Virus record (IMG/VR): IMGVR_UViG_3300025168_014097
Coordinates: 17,686 to 81,685 of that record
Origin: a virus
Length of the DNA: 64,000 nucleotides
Direction: 5' to 3' (one strand)
Numbering within the stretch: position 1 is the stretch's first letter; each line of letters opens with the position of its first letter. This document shows, piece after piece, positions 39,636-48,433 of this stretch. Under the pieces are notes generated by a model that was not told the DNA's origin, made no database searches, and worked only from the letters and a program-made list of their open reading frames with translations. The translations under genes and the position numbers were made by a program.

Positions 39636-41411
39636 TTACTCTATCAAGCTTTGGAGTTTATGGTTCACAGGATACGGTCCTAATAGTTTTGTTCCTTCCA
39701 TTATCATTGTTAGTTTTGAACTGCTGTTAGTTCCAGTTCTTAATAGTGTATAATACTTTTGATTATCCTTTGTAAGTTCAGATAATACCCAACATGTAAT
39801 TGTATAGTATGTTTTCTTAGGAGAAGGTTCAGCTTTTACAGCTAACATTTTGAAATCGATTTCATTCTCACTCAACCGTTTTTCAACTGCATCTGCTGTA
39901 CCTAGATATGTATATGGAGTTTTACCAAATGCACCATATACTTTCCATACAGGTAATTTTGTTCCACCAAATAACATCTCCGCTGTTAGATCGCTAATAA
40001 TTCCTTTCATCTTGCTTACATCAGATACTAAATCAATTATCAATTGAGCTGTTGCTATATTTGCAATTAATGATAATACTGTGGTACTTCCTGGATGTTT
40101 ATCATTCGACAGTTTTATATTTTTTACGGGCTTTACTTTTTTGAATGTTCCTATTGCGTATTTATTAGATTTTACTTTTTTATTTAGAGTATCTATATAT
40201 CCATTTACATTTTTAATCGCTTGCATTGGATTTTTTGCAACCTCATCAATTTCAGCTTCTAGTTTTCCTGATATTGTACCTTCTTTTATTGTATATCCTG
40301 ATAGTAGAGCTGATACCGCTGATGGTGGAATAGATTGTCCGTTTTGCAATCCTCCTAGGAATTTATTTCTAAAAGAAGAAATTGCGGAATTGAACTTATT
40401 CTTTATAGTATTAAATGATTTAGTCGCAAAAGCTTTTATATTATCAAGAAAACCTTCTGTGAGTACTTCATATACCAAGCCTTCATTTGTAGTAGGCTTT
40501 TCGCCTTTTAGAATACTAGTTGCATCTCCAGTCGATATTCCAAGATCATATACACCCCTGAGACTTTTCGTAACTTTACCCATTTGTGCACCTGATGCTG
40601 ATTTCTTTAGTGAAACTTGCCAATACTTGATACTATCTCCAACTTTCACATATCCATCAGTTGTTCCTTCTATAGCATTACTTTCATCTGCGATTGCTGC
40701 TAGTAATGCACTTTTTGATACATTGGATATCACACAGTCTGCAGTATTAGCTTTAGAACCTTTTCTTGTTAGTCCTCTAGTTTTTTCTGCAGTGTAGAAG
40801 TCTCTAATTCCTGCATGGATGAAGTGCTTTGCCGAACCTCCTACCACCTTACTACAATATATGCTCATTCCTTTTGCAAGTGCACAGCATAATGCTATAT
40901 CTTGCATACTATTTTCATGGAATTCTAGGTTTGTTGAGTCGAATGTTGGTAGTGTAAAATTACCGATAATTGATGTTCCTGATCCATCCCAATCACCTGA
41001 GCCAAACTTTAACTGTTTTAGTGCAGTTGTTGTTATCTTGATAACATTTTTACATTGAGCGATATAATCTTCTACATCCTTTTGCTTTTTAACTTTTATT
41101 TTCTTAAATACTGATGGGAGATTCAATAAAGGATCTATTGCACTGGTAGAGATACCACCAATGCCAATACAAGCTGCAGTTTCCATCATTGCTGTATTTA
41201 ACGAAGCATCCCTCTTACTTTCAAATATGTGACCTTTTCCCGATAAAGAGCTTATAGCATTTTCAATTAATTGGGTTGAATATTTTTTAGATACCAATAC
41301 TTCACGTAATATTGCAAGATCTTTTGCGTTATATGGTTTATCAGCATATCCGTGTGGATGTGTGTAAAACCAATCTTCTATTACATCATCAATTAGGTAG
41401 TTTAAGTTCAT
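39636..41411 (-). CDS. Large hypothetical protein, possible PD-(D/E)XK-fold nuclease / internal head protein
   Basis: 591 aa, Lys-rich; contains TADCVI...WQVSLKK. Start placed at ATG 41411. Confidence 0.6.
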   Translation of the reverse strand: MNLNYLIDDVIEDWFYTHPHGYADKPYNAKDLAILREVLVSKKYSTQLIENAISSLSGKGHIFESKRDASLNTAMMETAACIGIGGISTSAIDPLLNLPSVFKKIKVKKQKDVEDYIAQCKNVIKITTTALKQLKFGSGDWDGSGTSIIGNFTLPTFDSTNLEFHENSMQDIALCCALAKGMSIYCSKVVGGSAKHFIHAGIRDFYTAEKTRGLTRKGSKANTADCVISNVSKSALLAAIADESNAIEGTTDGYVKVGDSIKYWQVSLKKSASGAQMGKVTKSLRGVYDLGISTGDATSILKGEKPTTNEGLVYEVLTEGFLDNIKAFATKSFNTIKNKFNSAISSFRNKFLGGLQNGQSIPPSAVSALLSGYTIKEGTISGKLEAEIDEVAKNPMQAIKNVNGYIDTLNKKVKSNKYAIGTFKKVKPVKNIKLSNDKHPGSTTVLSLIANIATAQLIIDLVSDVSKMKGIISDLTAEMLFGGTKLPVWKVYGAFGKTPYTYLGTADAVEKRLSENEIDFKMLAVKAEPSPKKTYYTITCWVLSELTKDNQKYYTLLRTGTNSSSKLTMIMEGTKLLGPYPVNHKLQSLIE

Positions 41412-42705
41412 GTTCAATGTCCATCATATTATTGTAATTATACCCATGTTTCACCTTTACTGGAAACTTGATGGTGTTTATTACGTCTTTTATAAATATC
41501 TCTTTGTCGGACAAATCAAAGTCAAATAAGAAGGAATCGTACGTATATAGTACAAGTTTTGATTGATACTTCTGCATAACCCCGTAAATCTCCGATAAAA
41601 TCGAAATATTACTCTCTGTTTCAAGTGATTGGATGTAATAATTAAACAATTTCTGTGGTGTCATGTTATTTAACACATGTTTATACATCGGTCTCTTAAA
41701 TAAGTATGTAGGAATGTACTTTTCCGCGTTAAATTGATGCCATAACTCTTTTATTAGCTTATCTACTTTTGCAAAGAACTCTATCTGCAGGAATTCTTTT
41801 GGTACTCCACCATAAAGTATTCTAAAACTTATCTCCTTAGACTCCTTATACTCTTTCTTAGTTAGAGTCTGCTTATCAAAATACTGTCTACCAAGATACT
41901 CGTGTATAGATCCATCTGGTAGTTCGTAATCGAGAACATCAGCTATCAATCTCAAGTGATAAGCATCGAAATCCATCTCTATGAGTTTACCATTTGGAAA
42001 CCTACTTATAAATCTTTCTCGAGAACCATCTTCTTTGTTAAGTGCGGCATAGTTTATGCTCTGGAATCTGTTTGAGGGTCTTCCAGTCGTTGTATATGGG
42101 TTATACTGTGTGTATTCGAAGCCATCTTTTGTATACAATCCCTGTTTTTCTATTTCATGTAATAATGGAATAGTTATATTATTATATTTATCAAAATATT
42201 CTTGGTTAATAACCGTTTCAGGATCTTTGGAAATAAAATCATAATTAGATCTAACACGGTCTATAGATGATGCTCTCTCAACGTGTTTAGTTATTGGAAT
42301 AATTAAATTTGTATCTTTACGATTCCAAAACTTAGATGTAAAAAAATCATGAGCTGTAGTACTCGTTTCATCTATAGGTATAATTTGTCCGTAATTTATC
42401 CACTCCACCATATTCATATCAATCAATTCAATAGTTGGTAACATAAAATACATCAGACTTTTCTTGTCTATTGTATTTAATTTTTTACCACTTAGCTTTG
42501 TATTGACTTGTTCTAAAGTAGCTGTCCAAACAGCTTCTGGGTGGTTCATGGGAATTACATGAATTTCATTCATATTGAAAAAAATCAACATACTCAATGA
42601 ATTATACATTGGATGATCCGTATCATTACAATATATGGGGATTATTACGGAATAATCCGGAATATCAAATTCCATTAGTGATTCATGTGATTCTATTATA
42701 TTCAT
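41389..42705 (-). CDS. Short, divergent family A DNA polymerase
   Basis: TTGRPSN, motif A DFDAYHLRL, motif B KEISFRILYG, NYYIQS, motif C YTYDSF. Confidence 0.8.
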   Translation of the reverse strand: MNIIESHESLMEFDIPDYSVIIPIYCNDTDHPMYNSLSMLIFFNMNEIHVIPMNHPEAVWTATLEQVNTKLSGKKLNTIDKKSLMYFMLPTIELIDMNMVEWINYGQIIPIDETSTTAHDFFTSKFWNRKDTNLIIPITKHVERASSIDRVRSNYDFISKDPETVINQEYFDKYNNITIPLLHEIEKQGLYTKDGFEYTQYNPYTTTGRPSNRFQSINYAALNKEDGSRERFISRFPNGKLIEMDFDAYHLRLIADVLDYELPDGSIHEYLGRQYFDKQTLTKKEYKESKEISFRILYGGVPKEFLQIEFFAKVDKLIKELWHQFNAEKYIPTYLFKRPMYKHVLNNMTPQKLFNYYIQSLETESNISILSEIYGVMQKYQSKLVLYTYDSFLFDFDLSDKEIFIKDVINTIKFPVKVKHGYNYNNMMDIEHELKLPN

Positions 42706-42722
42706 AACCTAAATTTTTATCT

Positions 42723-42752
42723 AATATACGAAATTATATTCGAATACGCAAC
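42723..42752 (-). promoter_or_regulatory. Conserved early/middle promoter motif upstream of the PolA-like gene
   Basis: GTTGCGT-N17-TATATT, preceded by TTTCG. Confidence 0.65.
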
Positions 42753-43564
42753 TAATAGCCGCCTGAGCTTCCACCTGAGCTTCCACCTGAGCTTCCACCT
42801 GAGTTATAGCTAGAGTCTCCAGAAGATGTATCAGTTCCACCAGCTGGTGGTGTGATAACTGGAGAATCTCCAGTTGAATTATCCATCATATCAGAATCTT
42901 TCATCATAGTTCCATCCGGCATCCGGTGCATGCCATCTTCCATTTCCATTGGATGTGGCTTCCAAGCTTTACACCAATAATTTTTCCGAATCCATACATC
43001 CCCCCAATTAGTACATTTTCCCGCGATGTTGAAATGGCAATTTGAGCACTTTTGAAATCCACTAGATCCTGGTGCATATGCTGCAGGTAGAGATCTTGGT
43101 ATTGGTGTGTTATCATCATATTTTCTTCCAGGAATATCAGGTAGTACATCCGGTTCCAGTAAAGCAAATAATGTAAATGATCTAACTACCTTTATAATTT
43201 TTGGATTATCCTTAGCTACTCGAGCTACGTTTTTACGATTTACTGTGTCAACACCTTTTTTATGGATAATTCCATTAAGATGTCTGTCGAATCGTGGGCC
43301 TTTCAACTTCCACGTGATTTTTACAACCTTCCATAGGTACGGACTTATTCCTTCTGTAGCACTTGCTGATGTGTCAAATTGTTTTTGGTCTATTTCAACT
43401 ACAACATTACCAAGTTCACTTATTGCAAAGTATCTATCGAATTTACCATTCTTATATTGTTGTCCTGTTGGTATTGGACTTATAGCTTTTGGTGAAGAAA
43501 ATACTGTATGGTCTTTCAAATTAGGGTCTTCTCTCACCAGTTTATCATAGATATAGTCAGCCAT
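42752..43564 (-). CDS. Hypothetical protein with HiPIP-like Cys motif and Gly/Ser tail
   Basis: QKCSNCHF...KC...YWCKAW, then HRMPDGTMM, then SGGS repeats. Start overlaps the hub gene stop. Confidence 0.65.
   Translation of the reverse strand: MADYIYDKLVREDPNLKDHTVFSSPKAISPIPTGQQYKNGKFDRYFAISELGNVVVEIDQKQFDTSASATEGISPYLWKVVKITWKLKGPRFDRHLNGIIHKKGVDTVNRKNVARVAKDNPKIIKVVRSFTLFALLEPDVLPDIPGRKYDDNTPIPRSLPAAYAPGSSGFQKCSNCHFNIAGKCTNWGDVWIRKNYWCKAWKPHPMEMEDGMHRMPDGTMMKDSDMMDNSTGDSPVITPPAGGTDTSSGDSSYNSGGSSGGSSGGSSGGY
42762..42803. repeat. 12-bp tandem repeat (CCTGAGCTTCCA) x3.5 encoding SGGS
   Basis: Read directly from the sequence. Confidence 0.9.
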
Positions 43565-46500
43565 TAGCTTTCTCCTCCAATTCCTTCAGTATCGGTTGTA
43601 TTATTAGCATATGTTTTATTTTCTGGTAAGTCTACTCCTTCTTTCTTCCAACTAATTGGATCTCTTGTAAATGAAAGTTCTGAAGGTGACTTCTTATCGA
43701 GTTGATTTGGATCGAATCTTCCACCTCCCGATCCTATTTTATATACACTCATATCTATTGGACGTCTACGCATTATAGATTCTACCGTTGTTTTCCATCC
43801 AGAAGTTGTAATGGAATGTTTTACGTTAGTAACTTGAAAGCATACTGTATCCTTATACCGTGCAGGTAAGTGAGTTGATAATAATGCATGACCGTAATGA
43901 ATTCCACTTATTCCATCCAATTCAAAACTCATCTTAACTGGTACTATATTATGATCTAATAATGCATTATCTCCTACATTCGCATTAGCTTTATCATTTA
44001 GTATAGTTTCTAACAATCTACCAGCATTTGATACATGTTCTTCAGTAAGATTATCATGTATATGATATGTTAATAAATGCACAAGTCCTTGAACCCTTCC
44101 TTTTACATCTTTAGGGATTATGAACGTATTATCATCAGCTGTGGGTTCTGCGTTTGATATGGGTACTTGTATATTTTCGTGAGCTAAATCCACAAACATA
44201 TTTCCCAACTCATATAACTTGTTTGGAACCGTCCCATCATCAAAAGCAGTATTATTACCATACAAAGCCATTACAGCCATTGCGTTTGGTATTTTACTCT
44301 GCAGAGAATATCCAGTCACTATGCTGTTCATTCGTTGAACTGGGAATTGAGCTACTACATCTACATGTGAGTTTGCATAATTAGCATCTATAATCTTAGT
44401 AGTTCCCGAATCTCCTTCTCCATCTATTTGAAATTTGAAATTCCAAATATTTCCACATGATTGTGACATTCCATCCAATACCTTTTGCATTGCATCTTTT
44501 ATTGTTGTTGCATTTTTAAAACACTTATTTATAAAGTTTGTATTTATAAGTATATGTGGAAGGAATCCATACGTTCTTTCGGTCTTATCTTGATCAGTAA
44601 ATAATTTAAAACTTTGAAGTCCCTCAAGTTTCTCGTTTCCTGCTGCATCGGAGATAAATTCAACTTGATTTTGAGTTTGATCGTCAAAGGAGACAACTTG
44701 AGATACACCAGTTTGGCCTGGTAGTATACATATTCTTGGATCTGTTGATGCTAGATATTGATGATTACATATTTTTGTAGGCAAGCTAACTAATTGATAC
44801 ATTTCACTTGGAAATGGCGTATCCGGTTCTTCTGGAGCTGTTGAGTAAAAATAAGCTGCTAGATTTTGAGAGCTGTTTTTGAATCCAAAATGATGGCCGT
44901 ATTGTTCTACTCCTGATGCAGCTTCTTCTTTTGATTCTCCAGAAGCTTGGACGGTTTCATCTACTAACTCCTTTTCTCTTCCTTCTATATCTATAGGCTG
45001 TATTCCTACTGCTGAAGAATCTGGAAGAGGGGCTCCCTCTTCTATTGTAAGTCTAGTTTCCGAATCGTTATATTCATTCACTAATGTTTGGAATGCCTCT
45101 GCACTTAGTTTTTTACCTGCGGAATCAGAAGCTTCTGGGATTCTATTAGGCGGTCCTGCTAGTAGATGGTCTCCACTATCAAACCTAGTATATTTTACTC
45201 CTTCTGGGGATTGTAGTGATATATTATCATTTACTATCTGTTCTAGTACGCTAAATGGTATGAATACGTCTCCATCTGTAATCTTTCTGAATTCTTCGTA
45301 TATTTTATATGCATCTGAAAATGCTATTCCTTTGGCTAGTGCGCCTGACTGTTTTGATTGTTGTAATTGACCTTTGAAGCTTGCCTTATTATCTGCGATT
45401 GTTTGTACAAATGCAAAGTTACCAGATGAATCCAATTTCTGGTAGTGTCCCCACATTGGCATAGGATAATCTACCACACGTGGTGTACTAGACTTTAATA
45501 TGGTTGATTTGAGTGTTCGAATTTGATTACCTGATCCAATTCCACTATTATTTTCTTTATAACCACCATATATTCCATAAGGACCTCCTGATGAAGGTGC
45601 TAGTGGGTTTTGAGCACCAGTGCCTGACCCCAGTTTTCCAGCATCTATTCCAGAATGTTGTCGTAACGCGACCTCATTGTCTAATGCAAGGTGTATAACA
45701 CCAAAATGTCTACTAACGTCTCCTGCTGTGAATTTGTGAGGGAATCCAAATGATTTATCACCATCATTACCACCTTTACCTACCACTGCATCTAGCCCCG
45801 CCCAAACTGATATTGCAGTTGAACCGGCTCCAGGTTTGTATTTGGTGAAGTAATGTGGACCTTTACTAGTACCAGACATAGCTTTGACAATATCTGATGC
45901 ACCTGGAATCTTATTGTTATTATTCTCTTTGATAAATGCATGAAATTCTTCTAATCCTTTGCCAAATCCAAGTATTGATTCTCCTTGGGGGTGTCGTTTA
46001 CAAGCTATCCGCATGGCATATCCGAATGCAGATAGAGGATTTCCTGCTGATAAAAATTTTGGCATAGTATCTGGTACAGTATACTTTTGATGACCCATTC
46101 CTTTTGATCCTTTGGTAATGATGTATTCTTTTGAGACTACAGACATCATAGGATTAATGTAATCATCTGGACTAACACCATTACCACCAGTAAAAGCATT
46201 TCCATGATAAGTATAAGTGGGATCAGTAGCCCCCACTGGTATATATACCGTTGCATAATGATTGTAGAATGCATCCATTAGATTGTTTTCATTCATATAT
46301 TTGAAATTATTTGTAACGGGATCATCTAATGATTGGGCCCAATTCTTATCCTCACCTACTCCTTTACCAAAAGGATGATATGCTCCAAATAATAAACTAT
46401 AATTTCCAACAGTTGGTCTGTAAAGCATATCGAACCCAGGCGAACCCCCTGAAGACACACCTCTATCTCCAAAACTCATTGGTTTAGGTGCATGTCCACC

Positions 46501-48126
46501 AGAACTACTATTATTATCACGATAATTCTTTACTACCATGGCAAATTTTTGAGATTCCGTAGCTGTACCAAAACCATTATAACTCATTGGTTGACCGATA
46601 TATTTACCGGCATCCATATAAGACCCATTCCCAGCTATCGATTTTAAACCATTAGGTTCGACTCTAGCTTTCCCCATTACTCCTGTTACATAATCAGGTG
46701 CTGGGTTTCCTTTTTTACCACTTCCATAGCTATTTTTCTTGATAGCCGGAAATACAACGGTAGCTACATAATTTGCAATTGTATCTTGAATTATATTATT
46801 AGCTTGCTGTGCTACTATAGATGCTTTTTTATCTCCTTGTATCATTGAATTTTGAGCTCTATCTTTAAGTGCTCTTCTTTCGTCAGTAGCTTGTGATGCT
46901 TTATATGTATAATAAAATCTAGGGAAAGGTTTATTTTCATTGTGTACATTATCCCCTGAAATTGTATCCGTGTATCCAGGTATAGCTTTTCCGTTAATGG
47001 AATCTCCTAATGCTGCATGGAATGATGGATAGTAATTATTAGCCGTTGTTCCTAGATTATTTTTTAAGTACTCTTGAGCTTTGTTTCCGTGCGCATCAAA
47101 CGATTCTCCTCTTTTATCACGTGTAGATGTTTTTTTATTTTTGATTTGATAAAAGGCTTCGTTAGTAGAACCGTCTGGGGCTGATAATTTTTTTATGGAT
47201 TCCAAAAGTGGAGCGTGGGCTGACTGAACTTGTGTGCCTAACATAGCTTCACCACGCGATCTTAAAGAAACGTTACAACTGAAGGATCCATTTTCCTTTG
47301 CTGACCAGTTATAATTTGTTATTGTTGCGATTGCACCTTCATAAGAGAATTTATTAGCTTTCGCTTTCTCTAACAGTTCTTGGTGGAGATTTGTTACATT
47401 TTTTAGTTTATCACCTTGTGACAAATCAATTAAGGTACTAGTAATATCAGATCCTGCTGTATTTACCGACCATCCCCATTCAAGTAATACTGTTATACCT
47501 GGTGACATGTATAATGATTCAATCATTTGTAATTGTGCAAAATCGTGACATTCTATTTCTAAGTCGATTTTCTTTAAAGATCCTAATGTTCCAACATTTT
47601 CTACAGTAACACTTTTGATACCTGGCATTGGAACTCCCGTACGTGAATTTTCATCATTATATGCAGAAGTTTTATAACCCGTCAGTTTATCTTGAAGATG
47701 ACCGTCATATCCAGTATTATAGAATGAAAAATCATCCATCATGTTAGTCCAACCATCCTGCATTTCTGTTGGAATTGAATTGTTTTGATTTTGCATCCCA
47801 CCATATAAAACATTTTTTAATCTATGATAGTGTTTGTTGGGATCTGATTGAACGCCATCAGGAACTTCTTCCCGTGCAGTAACAAGTTTATTATTTATTG
47901 CATCGTTATATGCAGTTACAAATTCTTGCGTATATGAATCTCGAACAACTGCGAATGAAGCTGCTCGTACAAATGGTGTTCTACCATATGCCCACTGTAG
48001 ACCCTTATCGCTTTGCATTTTTGATAGATCAACACGAGATGCTTCAGCTGAGTTTCCTAGTAGTTTACTACGTTTCTCTAACTCATCTATAACAGCCGTA
48101 GGGATTGGTGTTAGAAATAATGCCAT
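43564..48126 (-). CDS. Large baseplate hub-like tail protein (1520 aa)
   Basis: Follows the LysM gene in the tail operon. N-terminal PGIKSV...LYMSPGITVLLEWGW and C-terminal FELDGISG...FQVTNVKHSI..GWKT resemble gp27/gpD-type hubs. Confidence 0.6.
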   Translation of the reverse strand: MALFLTPIPTAVIDELEKRSKLLGNSAEASRVDLSKMQSDKGLQWAYGRTPFVRAASFAVVRDSYTQEFVTAYNDAINNKLVTAREEVPDGVQSDPNKHYHRLKNVLYGGMQNQNNSIPTEMQDGWTNMMDDFSFYNTGYDGHLQDKLTGYKTSAYNDENSRTGVPMPGIKSVTVENVGTLGSLKKIDLEIECHDFAQLQMIESLYMSPGITVLLEWGWSVNTAGSDITSTLIDLSQGDKLKNVTNLHQELLEKAKANKFSYEGAIATITNYNWSAKENGSFSCNVSLRSRGEAMLGTQVQSAHAPLLESIKKLSAPDGSTNEAFYQIKNKKTSTRDKRGESFDAHGNKAQEYLKNNLGTTANNYYPSFHAALGDSINGKAIPGYTDTISGDNVHNENKPFPRFYYTYKASQATDERRALKDRAQNSMIQGDKKASIVAQQANNIIQDTIANYVATVVFPAIKKNSYGSGKKGNPAPDYVTGVMGKARVEPNGLKSIAGNGSYMDAGKYIGQPMSYNGFGTATESQKFAMVVKNYRDNNSSSGGHAPKPMSFGDRGVSSGGSPGFDMLYRPTVGNYSLLFGAYHPFGKGVGEDKNWAQSLDDPVTNNFKYMNENNLMDAFYNHYATVYIPVGATDPTYTYHGNAFTGGNGVSPDDYINPMMSVVSKEYIITKGSKGMGHQKYTVPDTMPKFLSAGNPLSAFGYAMRIACKRHPQGESILGFGKGLEEFHAFIKENNNNKIPGASDIVKAMSGTSKGPHYFTKYKPGAGSTAISVWAGLDAVVGKGGNDGDKSFGFPHKFTAGDVSRHFGVIHLALDNEVALRQHSGIDAGKLGSGTGAQNPLAPSSGGPYGIYGGYKENNSGIGSGNQIRTLKSTILKSSTPRVVDYPMPMWGHYQKLDSSGNFAFVQTIADNKASFKGQLQQSKQSGALAKGIAFSDAYKIYEEFRKITDGDVFIPFSVLEQIVNDNISLQSPEGVKYTRFDSGDHLLAGPPNRIPEASDSAGKKLSAEAFQTLVNEYNDSETRLTIEEGAPLPDSSAVGIQPIDIEGREKELVDETVQASGESKEEAASGVEQYGHHFGFKNSSQNLAAYFYSTAPEEPDTPFPSEMYQLVSLPTKICNHQYLASTDPRICILPGQTGVSQVVSFDDQTQNQVEFISDAAGNEKLEGLQSFKLFTDQDKTERTYGFLPHILINTNFINKCFKNATTIKDAMQKVLDGMSQSCGNIWNFKFQIDGEGDSGTTKIIDANYANSHVDVVAQFPVQRMNSIVTGYSLQSKIPNAMAVMALYGNNTAFDDGTVPNKLYELGNMFVDLAHENIQVPISNAEPTADDNTFIIPKDVKGRVQGLVHLLTYHIHDNLTEEHVSNAGRLLETILNDKANANVGDNALLDHNIVPVKMSFELDGISGIHYGHALLSTHLPARYKDTVCFQVTNVKHSITTSGWKTTVESIMRRRPIDMSVYKIGSGGGRFDPNQLDKKSPSELSFTRDPISWKKEGVDLPENKTYANNTTDTEGIGGES

Positions 48127-48130
48127 AACC

Positions 48131-48433
48131 TTATCTTTCTTGATTTAATTGTTTTAGAGCTGAATTAATGCTCGCTAAATCCATTGGTATTCTTATTTGA
48201 GATCCTGGTTTTACGAACAATGTTCCTCCAGTAATATTATTAGATTGTGCTATCACCCACCATAATTTTGCATCTTTGTAATATTGATCAGCTAGTGTAT
48301 CAAGACGTTGTCCGTCTCTCACTACTACATACAAATCTGATGATTTTGGAATTATTGGTGGATACAAAGTCTGTCCTTGTATTCGATTATTATCCTTTTT
48401 GATAATTGGTTTATTGAAATCATATCTATTCAT
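48131..48433 (-). CDS. LysM-domain baseplate protein (gp53 / P2 gpX-like)
   Basis: VRDGQRLDTLADQYY....WWVIAQSN...PGSQIRIP. Confidence 0.82.
   Translation of the reverse strand: MNRYDFNKPIIKKDNNRIQGQTLYPPIIPKSSDLYVVVRDGQRLDTLADQYYKDAKLWWVIAQSNNITGGTLFVKPGSQIRIPMDLASINSALKQLNQER

Noticed and set aside
40081-40797. 238-aa plus-strand ORF, and the other plus-strand ORFs in the track
   Set aside because: They lie antisense to well-supported minus-strand genes, with Ser/Phe/Ile-rich shadow composition and no motifs.
42762-42803. 12-bp repeat as a CRISPR array or origin iteron
   Set aside because: It has no spacers and is in frame, encoding a Gly/Ser tail.
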